From assembly GCA_963695855.1 (NCBI GenBank), contig CAVOHZ010000006.1, positions 64,001 to 128,000 of the forward strand: 64,000 nt of DNA, in the 5' to 3' direction. The notes below the pieces were generated by a model that saw nothing but the letters and a program-made list of their open reading frames with translations, was not told the origin of the DNA and ran no database searches. The position numbers were made by a program, and so were the translations under genes. This stretch comes from an uncultured Nitrososphaerales archaeon. GTDB taxonomy: Archaea > Thermoproteota > Nitrososphaeria > Nitrososphaerales > Nitrososphaeraceae. Below, one piece after another: positions 22,385 through 33,604 of the stretch (position 1 is its first letter; every line of letters begins with the position of its first letter).

Positions 22385-23038
22385 TTATCCAATTGTATCT
22401 TGCGAGATTTGAGTCGACTCAGACACAGAACTATTGTCTACGATTGAACATGAACCTGCCTTTTTGTCACCTTGATCGGATTTATAGTCAAATATAGTAT
22501 CAAACTGATCACATATAAAAGTGTCCGAACCTAACCCTCCAATTAGTATATCGACGCCGTCGCCTCCATCAATTTGATCGTTTCCATCGCCTCCATCAAT
22601 TTGATCATCACCTCGTCCGCCGTATAATCTATCATCTCCTTCGTTGCCAGTTATTAAATCCATACCCCTCTCACCATCCAATTTGTCATACCCCTCTCCT
22701 CCTTCAATCTCATCATTACCTTGTTCTCCCTTCACAACGTCATCTCCCTCATCACCATCTAATTCGTCATCACCTCGTCCGCCGAATAACATATCATTTC
22801 CCAATCTTCCATTTATTTCGTCATCTCCTTCACCTCCCTTGATTTTATCATCACTACTAGTTCCGTCAATTGAAACATCTATCTCTGGTTTCTCTTGACT
22901 GAATGGGATGTCATTTTGTTCGTCTCCTGATTGAAAATTGTCAACCTGACCCCCTGCAAATTTAATTATTATAGATTCAATAGGAAATGCTAATGAAATT
23001 AAAATTACTAAGATTAAAGTATATGTGGTTTTTGCCAA
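22385..23038 (-). CDS. Secreted RTX/hemolysin-type calcium-binding repeat protein
   Basis: More than 10 GGxGDDxIx nonapeptides after a signal peptide. Confidence 0.88.
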   Translation of the reverse strand: MAKTTYTLILVILISLAFPIESIIIKFAGGQVDNFQSGDEQNDIPFSQEKPEIDVSIDGTSSDDKIKGGEGDDEINGRLGNDMLFGGRGDDELDGDEGDDVVKGEQGNDEIEGGEGYDKLDGERGMDLITGNEGDDRLYGGRGDDQIDGGDGNDQIDGGDGVDILIGGLGSDTFICDQFDTIFDYKSDQGDKKAGSCSIVDNSSVSESTQISQDTIG

Positions 23039-24942
23039 TTCTCTATTACAATTTTTCCTGATTAAATGAATTTAAAAAGACATGTTCTCTAAAATACACT
23101 AACTTATCAGAAATTATTGAACGATGCCTGTAATTTGTTCATTCTAATATTCGTAACTTCGAGATTTTATTTTTTTATCGGGAGGGGAATTCAAACCTTT
23201 ATTCATAAAATATGCGTTCTACATTGTAGTATTAAAACATTTAACATCAGTTAAATGGAATGTTAAAATTTTAGTGTTGATTTCATTTAAAATATTCCTA
23301 AAATATGAATTTATAAATAATACGTAACTAATTGAAGATTTTCATAGATACGATCCAGTCAAATATAAAAATTGCATCAAGATTCTATTGAGATCTATTT
23401 TTGACTATATATAGGAATATAGAAATCATATGGATTTGTATATGAAGGAAACACACACTTTTGTAGTTTTACTGAATGATTATCAATTCTGTAACAAATC
23501 TACGTACATATTAGTAAATTAGTTCAGTTAAACAATAGAATATATAATTATTGGTGAACTATTTATAGTAATATGATTATTTATAATAATATCATTATTA
23601 TTAAATAATTAATTGGTAAATGGTAAATTGTTTATATTGTACAAAAATTCAGTTCGAAAAACTGAGAATGTCAAATTTGTTTTAATTGCCTCTTTTGTTT
23701 CTTGCTTATTAATTCTATCCTATATAATAACGTCCATTTCATCACAAGAAAAAAATGATCAAATGACCAAATTTATTCAAACTATTTCAGATTCTATAAT
23801 TTTTATCTTTTCGCCAGTAAAAACACTAGATGAGATAGATTACGATCCATCTGACTCTTAAGGTCTCAGTCTATATTGGAAATCAGTTAACAGAATATTA
23901 ATTATGATCTATGATGAAAAAGATAAAGCAATCGCTCTTTTTGAAAAATATTTCGGTCAAGATTAAAGCTATATAGTATAGACTAAAGATGTATTTACTT
24001 TAACTACATATCCTCCTGATAGTTGGTGTACAAGCGTTCTTCGAAAGTTTAGATGGAATAGGAAGAATAATGTGATGTGTCAATATCGTCAGTCTTATAA
24101 CATAAAGAAGGACGGGGATTACCGGTTATAATAGAAGTACGTTAGTAAGGAATGTGAAAGAAGGTTGAAAGACAAAACAGGTAACGTATACTCTTATTCA
24201 CATATGCCACTGAATATATGGTTTTTTGGTAAAATATCTATACTTTGTACTCTGGCTTGGATGTTCAATAAGATTCATCATTCGAGTAAGTTGTATACTC
24301 TTCAAGATGATACAGATTTATCAAAATAGTTATTGCAAAAATATCATCATCGTCATTACTATCTTCTTCTCACTCTACTAAACTTGGGTGGCGATGTTGA
24401 AGTCGATGAACTCTATCAAAGCAGGATTTAAACGTAAATAATACCATGATGATACACTAAAATCAGAAGTAAAACCTAGATTACGGCGCCTCAAACCATA
24501 GAAAGATTAGAATGATTCCATTATGTTAGTGGGATTGTCAAAAAAATTTATTGGTGCATACGAATTAGATTAGTTAATTCTTGCTCTAATGATGAGTTTG
24601 ATGTTAACCGGACAAGAAATTTTCTCACTAAAAAAAATATACTTAAATAAAAAGAAATTAAGCAAAAAAATAAATAAATAAAAAAATAAATAAATAAAAA
24701 AAATATCCAATTTTTACTTTAAAATTTTTTAATTTCAGTGTTTATGTGAATATCTAGTTTCTAAAACAGGTATTGAAATTTTTTTAAATAGCAACAATTT
24801 GTAAAGATGAGGTGCAAGGTTCTCGAATAGAACCTCGGAACGTTGTTGATCAAACGTAGTTCCATATTTTAATAAAACTATTAATTTAATAACTATACCT
24901 TGATATTTCAAGACTCTTTTCAATAAACACAGATATAAGTAA

Positions 24943-25227
24943 ATGTTGTATTATAGAAACACAATGTCCGATAATATTGAGAAAAGGACAGATTTACTTA
25001 CACCACAATTATTGAAAACTCCAGTAGGTAAAAAAGTTACATATGAATTCCTAAAATCCTTATCGGGAGGATTTCCACTTGACGATGCGTTGCAGAAGGC
25101 AAATGCAATTGCACAGCAAGACGGTTCCTTATTACCATTTCAAATCTCTTTTATTCTAGACTTGTTAAATATTTTGGGTCCTACAGTTATTAAATTTTTT
25201 AGCGATTTTAAAAATAAAAGAAACTAA
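24943..25227 (+). CDS. Hypothetical protein
   Basis: Open frame with protein-like composition; start may be ATG at 24964. Confidence 0.45.
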   Translation: MLYYRNTMSDNIEKRTDLLTPQLLKTPVGKKVTYEFLKSLSGGFPLDDALQKANAIAQQDGSLLPFQISFILDLLNILGPTVIKFFSDFKNKRN

Positions 25228-25859
25228 TTATTTTACTTATATTGGACATTAAAATTTGGATTAAGGACAAACTTAAACTTTAAAAAGAAGCTTATTGCAA
25301 TAATATATCTAAAAAAAATAAATTCATCCCATAGTACCAGATAACGAAGTAACTCAACTACAGCCTTTAGTGAATAAGCTGAACGTGGTAACTGGTCTAT
25401 CGACTGAACTTATGGCCAATTCAATTTTAAAGAGTGATAATAAACATATATTGATTGATATCAATAGAGATGGAACCGTATGGGTTAAACGCAACTCATT
25501 GAATACGTGAACATCCAGTTAGTTGACAGTATATATAGACGTTCACTTCCGACCCCCCAAGAACTACTTGAGGGATAGTATATTATATGACCAATTTATA
25601 ATATAAATTTATTATTTATAGACTGAATACTTAGAAGTGTTGCGTTTGACGAAGTAATCTCTATATAGATATTTCATGTCTTGCCTAACTTTAATACAAT
25701 TCATGGCGAGTGTTGCATGTTGCGTGTCGCCGGGCCTACTCTGGCCCTATTTGGCAATATGGTCATAATTGGTCTTCTTTATGTATCTCTCATATCGTAA
25801 ATAATTCCTGTTCTCTGCTACTTTCTACAAGAGAACCATAAAAACACTTCGCTAACACA

Positions 25860-25881
25860 TTGGGCCCAGAGGGATTTGAAC
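25860..25881. repeat. att site (copy of tRNA-Arg 3' end)
   Basis: ttgggcccagagggatttgaac, identical to 50391..50412. Confidence 0.9.
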
Positions 25882-26259
25882 TTTACTAATACAAGGGTTC
25901 AGTAGTAAAGAAGGTAATTAATATTGATTTCATATAGAAGCACATAAAATAATCATCATCTAGAAATGGTAAATTTCATTCGGGTTCGGTGGAATGATGT
26001 AGAAATTTCAATACAGTTCTCTCCTAAAGACAAGTAAAAAATATTTAAAATTGCAACCAATTTAAGTTAAAAGCCATAGTCCTCTACATATCAAGTCTAC
26101 TGCCCCAACAAATTACAGAAGGGTATGACAGATGTGAATATTCAGTCAGTAGATAATTGTTGTCTTTACTGATAGGTAAGCCAATGCATGGCACAATTTT
26201 GATTCCTATACTCCTGATTGTTATTATATGCTGTTATTGCTCAAATAAAAATTCAACAT

Positions 26260-26981
26260 TCATAGCAGCATCTTTGCTAACCCCAAGCAACGTCGCAGTT
26301 TAGAAAATACAAGTTTTACACCATATTTCAGTAGCAATGGTCTGAGAGAAGACATTATCTTTGCTTCATCAGGTTTATGATGCGCTCCTGATGATTCAAC
26401 TACAGGTTTATGTAATGCACAAACAATGTTTCTATAACCTGCGGTCTTCGCCTGGGCTAACCCCTGTTCTATCTCCTTTGCTGTTGAAGGACCTTCCGTA
26501 TCAATAAATACAACAGCCAGGCCCCTGTTAACAGGATGCATGAATGTCCATTTACTTTGACCGAATGCTCCAAGATAATCATCTCCATCATGGTTTCCTA
26601 TTGCTCCCTTAAACTTTCCCTTGTACGGCGCAAGGTGACCACTAATCCATGACGAACCGCTACCGCTGTAAGCATAATCTCCCATACCTATGACAAAGCT
26701 TACTCCGTGTTTCTGCATATTTGCTACCGTCTTCTGTGTCTGGCTGCTCTTATCCCAATCACCCGCTGCTCCTTTACATTTCCTGCCATAGGCGCATTTC
26801 CTACTGGAGCTGGTCCTGCAGGACCTATAGGTAATCCTCCTCCAGGTTGGGAAAGAGGAATCTTTGAACCTATACCATGAAGTATCTGGTCAATACCCTG
26901 ACCTGGAAAGAATTTATTATAAAGAATATAACGGATAAATGCTATAGCTCCAAAGGTTATTATGGAATTTACTGCTGACAT
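26260..26981 (-). pseudogene. Membrane-anchored metallophosphoesterase, frameshifted and 3'-truncated
   Basis: N-terminal TM and Pro/Gly linker (26724..26981); frameshift near 26772 into GAAGDWD...GMGDYAY...GNHD...HKP; final GHxH motif missing. Confidence 0.75.
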
Positions 26982-27055
26982 TATTAGCGAACCATGCTAG
27001 GATTAAAAAATTGTAAAATAAACTTTTATTAATTAGCAGAAGAAATTTATTATAT

Positions 27056-27265
27056 ATGACGATGTATCCAGAGTCAATTGACGATATTTGGGTAAATCAT
27101 AATGAATCGTTTACATGTGACAATTGGTACTGCAGGAAGGAATTTAATGAAGGAAAAATCGATATGGCGAATAAGAGAAAATTATGTATTAACTGTTACA
27201 GACAATTTATGAGTTATGAGTTGAACAAGTTTGAATTTGTACAGGATTTTAAAGGTCATAAATAA
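27056..27265 (+). CDS. Small Cys4 zinc-finger protein (copy 1)
   Basis: CDNWYC...CINC; highly similar to 47623..47835. Confidence 0.75.
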   Translation: MTMYPESIDDIWVNHNESFTCDNWYCRKEFNEGKIDMANKRKLCINCYRQFMSYELNKFEFVQDFKGHK

Positions 27266-27321
27266 TTAACGAGTCATTAGATAAGGATTGTAATTGTAAT
27301 AATCGTAATTCATCCTGTTCA

Positions 27322-27716
27322 ATCTTCTGTTAAAAGACCATGATGTTTGACGAAATGCGCCGATACTTAAATATTCACTTGCACTATCATGGTTTCCTAA
27401 TGCAGCTATTGCATCCTTACCGTTGATTGGTTTCATTACCTGGGTCCACCATTGCTTAGGATTTTGTTGATAACCAAAATCTCCTGCTATCAGAATAATA
27501 TTGGGACTACCAGAAGCAAGATTCTGCGCTGTTTGTGAATTTTGAGATATATCGCCAACCACATTAAATGTAAATGCTGAAAGTCCAGAATATGAACCTG
27601 GAATATTACTAGCTGATACTCTTTGTTCCTGTTTAAGATTAATTTTGGGAAGAATATTAGTAATCAAAAAATAACCAAATAACCCTACTGCGCCAATAGT
27701 AAGGAGAGAATCCATT
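27322..27716 (-). pseudogene. Second membrane-anchored metallophosphoesterase, truncated
   Basis: MDSLLTIGAVGLFGYFL TM; VVGDIS, AGDFGY, LGNHD motifs; family similarity stops at the duplicated-module junction near 27322. Confidence 0.7.
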
Positions 27717-27986
27717 TCACCGAAATTATTATCAAACCAATAACCAAAAATTAACAACATAAACTTTTAGGTCAAAAAAAAGAAAGAGAGGTTTCGACAA
27801 AAAGAAATAATGATGTATTATATCAGTGTGAATAGATTTTGAAAATAGTAAGTATAATAACAAATAATAGCATATAATTATTTGATTTTCATAGTTCTTC
27901 TTAATAAAACAATACTTTTTAATTTGCTTAATAAAATAAAATAAAGATTAATAAATATATAATATAAAAAATACCATAGATTATTA

Positions 27987-28013
27987 GACTAGGTTATATA
28001 TTAAAACCTAGTC
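27987..28013. terminator. Hairpin downstream of 28050..28715
   Basis: gactaggtt-atatattaa-aacctagtc, 9-bp stem. Confidence 0.45.
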
Positions 28014-28049
28014 GATTTTTGGTTACTGCTGGTATTTATTATTTCTAAA

Positions 28050-28715
28050 TCATTGTCTATTAACTGATTGTCCTACTGATTTTATGTAACTAGTATTTGT
28101 TCTTACCAAATCCTTTAGATTGTCGCGTGTTTGTTCTAATGCTGTATTATATATCCTCATATTTGATGCTAGAGCGTTGTTTATGAGATTACTAGTATTT
28201 AACAGGTAACTTGTAAAGTTATTCACCAGTACTGCGTGGTTTTCAACAATTTTCTGTGGATTATACCAGTCCCATAGTCCGGTAAAGTTCACACCACTGT
28301 TTTTATCTACTTGTGGTGATTGAAAAGAGTTTATTACTTCTTTTTCTGCTTCAATAAAGTCAGAGGCAATATCTTTTATAGTTTGAATAGTTTGTTCTTG
28401 ATATTCAGCAATACGTTGTGTGTATTTTGGAATTTCTCGTGTAGCTTCATCAGTAGTTCTCTTTATATTATGTAAGGTGTTGTCGAGTGTCTTGTTTATT
28501 ACATCTTGTTGTTGATTTAAAGTGTTATTGTAGTCTCTATTTGCTCTTTCATTGAAATTACTGTGGTCTTTGTTAAATTTAGTTGTATTTCTTTCATTAA
28601 ATTCTTGTTCATTTACAGTTATATTTTCATTTCTTTTTATTTCTTCTTTTGTCATCATTATATATGCGTTACTAAGGTATATAAACGTAGGTAATGATGT
28701 CCAGTGCATAGTCAT
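28050..28715 (-). CDS. N/Q-rich helical protein, probable paralogue of 18494..18982 (phasin-like)
   Basis: NIKRTTDEATREIPKYTQRIAEYQEQTIQ resembles NTNKIMNEIAKTQPVYIQSISNLQMECIE; true start probably near 28658. Confidence 0.6.
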   Translation of the reverse strand: MTMHWTSLPTFIYLSNAYIMMTKEEIKRNENITVNEQEFNERNTTKFNKDHSNFNERANRDYNNTLNQQQDVINKTLDNTLHNIKRTTDEATREIPKYTQRIAEYQEQTIQTIKDIASDFIEAEKEVINSFQSPQVDKNSGVNFTGLWDWYNPQKIVENHAVLVNNFTSYLLNTSNLINNALASNMRIYNTALEQTRDNLKDLVRTNTSYIKSVGQSVNRQ

Positions 28716-29121
28716 ATTTATTTATTTTTGTAGGACCTACATATTTGTATAATTGAAGGTAATATATTTGCAATTACCATAATTACAAGTAAAGGAGATG
28801 ATATAAGTACTGAACTATGCGTAATGCAATTTATCAATTCTTGTTTTCTAGTATATTGATTCAGGAATATCTGTAACTTGACTATATTAAAAGTAAAAAT
28901 TAGATAAAATTATAAAAAATATATATATAATAGATATTCTTTACAAGTTTTATATTACTAGCAATTTAGTCATATGTTTTATCAAAAAAAATTGAAATCA
29001 TCTTTAACATTCATTAACTATGAGCGGCGTTTTTAGATGACAACTTTATATCTGCGATAATTTGGTATAAAATAGAATTTAGTTAAATATAGCATTTTGT
29101 GGCATATAAAACAAGTAGCAG

Positions 29122-29676
29122 ATGACTAATTCATCTTTTCCACAATTATCTGGTAAACTAGTCAATTTAAGAGAACTTTCAATGGAAGATGCTACAAATA
29201 TATTAAATCTTATGAGTTATGATATAGCTAAATATCTTTATGAAGTTCCACATCCTTATAAAATAGATGATGCTTTAAAATTTATTAAATCTAGTTGTGA
29301 TGATTTTAGGCTACATAAATCCATAATCTTTGCTATAGACTATAAAAATAAATTTCAATCAGTTCATCTACTAGTTGGAATTATAGCTATTAAAGATATT
29401 GATTATGTTAATAAAAAAAAAGCAAATATAGGATACTGGATTGGTCAACAATATCATGGTAAAGGCATAGCAACAGAATGTATTGAACTAGTGGTTAACT
29501 ACGCATTTGACGTATTGGGATTGAAAGAGATTTCAGCTTATGTTTTTCCAGAAAATAAACCTTCTATAAGAGTTTTGGAAAAAAATGGTTTTGTAAAGAC
29601 AAAGAAAGTAAATGAATACCATACTATCTCAAATAGTTGTAGAAATTCTTTAGTTTATATAATAAAAAAATACTAA
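29122..29676 (+). CDS. GNAT N-acetyltransferase (RimJ/RimL type)
   Basis: ANIGYWIGQQYHGKGIATE, NKPSIRVLEKNGF. Confidence 0.9.
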   Translation: MTNSSFPQLSGKLVNLRELSMEDATNILNLMSYDIAKYLYEVPHPYKIDDALKFIKSSCDDFRLHKSIIFAIDYKNKFQSVHLLVGIIAIKDIDYVNKKKANIGYWIGQQYHGKGIATECIELVVNYAFDVLGLKEISAYVFPENKPSIRVLEKNGFVKTKKVNEYHTISNSCRNSLVYIIKKY

Positions 29677-29948
29677 ATAGTAAATTGTAAAGTTGAATGA
29701 ACAAAATACACCCATCCTCATTTTCTATTTCACGTAAAATTTTAAATAATTTCAGCACTTATATCGTCACGGGCCCGTCGGGAGTAACACCGATAGCGGT
29801 TCTAAAAAGGGAGTCCAATATTAGAGTAAAAGAGATAATATTTAAGAACTTATTTTATTGCAAATTGTGAAGATAATAACAAAGGTAAAAGATTGCTAGA
29901 ATAGTAACCAAGGTTAGAAATACTATTGATTCACATATTATAAAATTA

Positions 29949-30218
29949 TTAGTTATTGTTTTTTATGGTAGTCGGTTGTCGTGATAATTCTCCAATTTCA
30001 CTATGTATTTTAAGAAAGTTTAAACCTTTTTCTGTAGTCTTGAATTTGTGAACCCCATCAAGCTATTCTATTAGATTGTTTTCTATCAAAATAGAAAAGT
30101 ATTCTTTTAACTGGTTATAACTTAGAAAAGCCTTATACATAATTTTTGTCTTGGTTGCTCCTCCATTTGCAGCATCAAGTATATTAGCCACTATTTCCGT
30201 TCTACTTCTATATTTCAT
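29949..30218 (-). pseudogene. Winged-helix transcription regulator (HTH_45-like) with in-frame TAG
   Basis: MKYRSRTEIVANILDAANGGATKTKIMYKAFLSYNQLKEYFSILIENNLIE*LDGVHKFKTTEKGLNFL; stop at 30063-30065. Confidence 0.8.
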
Positions 30219-30946
30219 ATTATTATCCAAGTGATTTATATTAATATGATGTGAAAGGATAGGTTAAGACTGCTAAATATTGGATGTTCTAATACTAATC
30301 CTTGCTCTACAAAATAATACTTTAGCGATTTGTTTTAGTACCTGTAAACAGCTCTAGTACTTCAAGCTTATCATCATCCAACATTATTGGATGATTCAGA
30401 AAAATTTCATCTTCAACTATATTTTGCTCTCAATGAATATATGTAATACTTGTTCTTTGCCACAGCCGTAGTGTTATCAGGCCGTGACCCTTCTAGTTGT
30501 GTTTGTTGTGTAACGATGTAAGTTTTTCCCATTTTCATCCTGCACTAACCATCCTATCTCTTTTAGAATTCTATTATCGATAGAACAAACTTTTTATTGT
30601 GATTACATTTGTTTGGGATATAGCTTATACCAAGACTTCGATTATTACTTAAGGTATGTATAGCTATATAGTTCTAGTTCTTTAATTCTTTCAGAATAGC
30701 GACCATTTGGGGAAAATTTTAGCGTAGCTATTCATCTTACCTAATATTCACATGACTTACAATAGTTTTACATTATGGAGACGATAAAAACCTTAATCCA
30801 TTTAAATGATTATAAAGTGATTAATATTTGAAGTAACTTCGATACTATTAGTTACTATCAGACAACAAAAATTCTTATCTACTTATGGCTAAAGTTTGTT
30901 CAAATACTAGTAATTTTATAATAGATAAGAGGTTATTTCCCAAAAA

Positions 30947-31345
30947 TTACTTTTTGTATACGACTTTATCAGCTAATCCTATTACTTCTCTACCCTTATT
31001 TGTTAAAGAATTATAAATCCTTGGTTTCCCTCGCCCAGGAGATTTTTCTTTCTTTACTTGTCTTTCAATCAAACCTAAATTTGTTGCTCTTTTCATTAAG
31101 GATTGTCCATATCCCCAACTTCCCATAGTACTAAGTAATTCTCTTGTGTGCAATTCTTTGTTCTTCTTTAGTATTCTCAATAATGGAATAAGAGGACGGT
31201 CATTTAGCAGAACTTTAAGTATGTTTAATTGTACGGTTATAGGAACTGATTTTGTTTCTTTTACTTCCTTCGCTGTTGTGATATTTTTAGTAGACTGTTT
31301 AGAACTTTTTGGACTAGTACCATTAGACATACTATTTAGTATCAC
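30947..31345 (-). CDS. Winged-helix DNA-binding protein
   Basis: LRILKKNKELHTRELL...LGLIER...GKPRIYNSLTNKGREV. Confidence 0.65.
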   Translation of the reverse strand: MILNSMSNGTSPKSSKQSTKNITTAKEVKETKSVPITVQLNILKVLLNDRPLIPLLRILKKNKELHTRELLSTMGSWGYGQSLMKRATNLGLIERQVKKEKSPGRGKPRIYNSLTNKGREVIGLADKVVYKK

Positions 31346-31362
31346 TTTTAAGAATAATAAAT

Positions 31363-31712
31363 GCTTTGTTGCCTAACTTACTATTCCTAACACATTTAGC
31401 TAGCCTATTCTAGTCATAATACATGTGAACTGGAAGAAGTACAATGAATTTCTTGTTAAACGTGGCGAGGTATTATTTGGTTTTGACGTTATAGATAACT
31501 GGGATACTGAATTCGAAAAGATGAATGAATGTAAAAAGGTAGGAAATTTGTATATCCAGATTCATTTATCAAGATATTGGGATACATGAGAGCATACTTT
31601 CATTTACCATATATACAGACTGAAGGAGTAGTACGAGAACATGCTGCAAATACGTTACCATCAATTGCTGATTATAGCAGAATTTGAAGAAGAATAAACA
31701 AATTAAATATAA
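31363..31712 (+). mobile_element. IS5-family (IS903 group) left end and transposase 5' remnant
   Basis: End motif gctttgttgcctaact; translation NWKKYNEFLVKRGE...YPDSFIK...FHLPYIQTEG...DYSRI*RR with frameshift and stop. Confidence 0.75.
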
Positions 31713-31762
31713 CGCTATTGTTGTTCAATGTCTTAATTTTTTAATTTATTAAACAAACTAAA

Positions 31763-32080
31763 TTATACTCTTTTTATTTCTATTTCTATCGTAGAAACAT
31801 TTCTTGTTCTACCATCTTCTGATTGAACGGACTCGGAACCTATTTTTACATCACCAATAGCGTAGCCTATCTTCTCCATCCGTCTCAAAATTATTTGTGA
31901 AACATCAACTGCTATGCCAATACTTAATCCTCTTGCCTTAATGGTGACTGTTGGCTGATTTGCTAATTGAATTAATGTTGAGGTAACATATACCATCAAA
32001 GGTTTTTTTCCAATAAATATTTCATTATTATGTTCGTGCCATCCTCCTTTACCTTTATCTTTCCCAGAATCTGTAGACAA
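31763..32080 (-). CDS. alba: Alba DNA/RNA-binding protein
   Basis: IFIGKKPLMVYV...IKARGLSIGIAVDV...IKIGSE...RNVSTIEIEI. Confidence 0.88.
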   Translation of the reverse strand: MSTDSGKDKGKGGWHEHNNEIFIGKKPLMVYVTSTLIQLANQPTVTIKARGLSIGIAVDVSQIILRRMEKIGYAIGDVKIGSESVQSEDGRTRNVSTIEIEIKRV

Positions 32081-32304
32081 ATTGATATAAAAAATTAAGA
32101 CAGACGCGTATAAAAGGCTGTATTATTACATATGTTTTAGATTTATAGTAAATTTAATACCAAGTACCTGCTTGAATACTAAATTTGATATGAAAATAGC
32201 ACTATATATTTTTTATAAACTAATTATTCTGTCTGATGTTATTAGACGCAGTCAAAAAAAATTCAAGCAATAATAATAAAAATTATTAATTACTTAATAT
32301 AGAT

Positions 32305-32500
32305 ATGTCCACAAATGATGATTATAACAAATTCCTTTATACTTTTACTAAAAATGTATTGAATTCAGACAAATCTATAAGATGGGTTGGTATAATAGAT
32401 AGAAACGGGATTATTATAAATGAACATTATAGAGAAGGACTAAAACCATTACTAACTAAAGAAGAGAACCAGGAATCTGCAATCAATACAATAGCCGTAA
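32305..32500 (+). pseudogene. Truncated DUF6659-like paralogue of 19153..19545
   Basis: FTKNVLNSDKSIRWVGIIDRNG...YREGLKPLLTKEENQE matches the first half only. Confidence 0.7.
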
Positions 32501-32518
32501 AGGAGAAGAAAAAACAAT

Positions 32519-32861
32519 ATGGCAATCGAAGAAATAAATCCATTTGTTTCAGGGATGTTATTCTTTGTTGCAGCCCTGATGGAAATAGGTGGAGGTTATT
32601 TGGTTTGGTTGTGGATACGAGAGAAGAAGACAATTGTATTGGCATTACTTGGTGGCATTATTCTTTTTGTATATGGCATAATTCCTACTCTTTCAACCAG
32701 CCAATTTTGGAAGAGTCTATGCTGCATATGGCGGAATCTTTATTTTATCATCTATAGTATGAGGGATGGTTGTAGATAAAAAAAGACCTGATAAATATGA
32801 GATAATAGGCTCATTTGTTGCTGTTTTTGGAGCAATAATAATATTTTATTCTCCTAGATAA
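32519..32861 (+). pseudogene. YnfA/UPF0060 small membrane protein, frameshifted
   Basis: EIGGGYLVWLWIRE...YGIIPT [frameshift] FGRVYAAYGGIFI..*..DKKRPDKYE. Confidence 0.85.
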
Positions 32862-32940
32862 AGTTGCAAATTATTTATTTAGTTTTCTTGATTTATTAGT
32901 ATTTGTTAAATTACAGAGAAGATAAATGTAAACGATTACT

Positions 32941-33078
32941 TTGAAATGTGCTGACTGTATTTGTGATATAGAAGATTGTAAAGTAAGTCAATCATTATTT
33001 GAATGTCCTAGTTGTATTTTCGAAAAATGTTGTTGTTGGGAAAATTTCCATTTTAGTGATGATAGTAATTTTATCTAA
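32941..33078 (+). CDS. Cys-rich micro-protein (45 aa, 9 Cys), metallothionein-like
   Basis: TTG start: MKCADCICDIEDCKVSQSLFECPSCIFEKCCCWENFHFSDDSNFI*. Confidence 0.55.
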   Translation: MKCADCICDIEDCKVSQSLFECPSCIFEKCCCWENFHFSDDSNFI

Positions 33079-33249
33079 TATAGTGAACCCGAGAAAAGTA
33101 CAGACTCAAGGGAGTTGAATAGTCATGGTTTCAATGTTCAATATCATAAATAGAATTTAATATTACTAATTTTTAATTAGATATTTTATCTACATGTAGA
33201 CGTATTTCCTATCAATCTTTATCTTTTACCATTTGTCTTTGTATAATAA

Positions 33250-33393
33250 ATGGCATCTTTCAAATGTAAAATATGCAATATGAACTTTGAAGATAAGAGA
33301 CGTTTAGAAAATCATAAAAAAGTACATGGAAGAAAATCAAAAGTGTCTGAATATGGTGATCCTGATTTTAATATAGATCGTCTAAGAGGATAA
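33250..33393 (+). CDS. Classical C2H2 zinc-finger micro-protein (47 aa)
   Basis: MASFKCKICNMNFEDKRRLENHKKVHGRKSK...; fits F-x-C-x2-C-x3-F-x5-L-x2-H-x3-H. Confidence 0.8.
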   Translation: MASFKCKICNMNFEDKRRLENHKKVHGRKSKVSEYGDPDFNIDRLRG

Positions 33394-33604
33394 AGATATA
33401 AGAAAATGACGAATAATATCTAAAGTTATTGTATTGCACAAACCTCGATAGATAAATGGCAATTATGAGAATATCTCGTCAGGTTGCGAGGTATTTTTGC
33501 CTACAATTCCTACTAATACTATTAATCCCAAAGCCTGTACCTATGGCCGTGGATTAAATCTATTAGAATATTTAAATCTTGGATGATTATCACATCTAAA
33601 TTAG

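Noticed and set aside
22385-23038. RTX toxin or type I secretion system
   Set aside because: Only Ca-binding repeats behind a Sec-type signal; no toxin domain or exporter nearby.
24660-24705. aaataaataaataaaaaa repeats (also near 57067-57090)
   Set aside because: Low-complexity AT tracts with no spacer structure.
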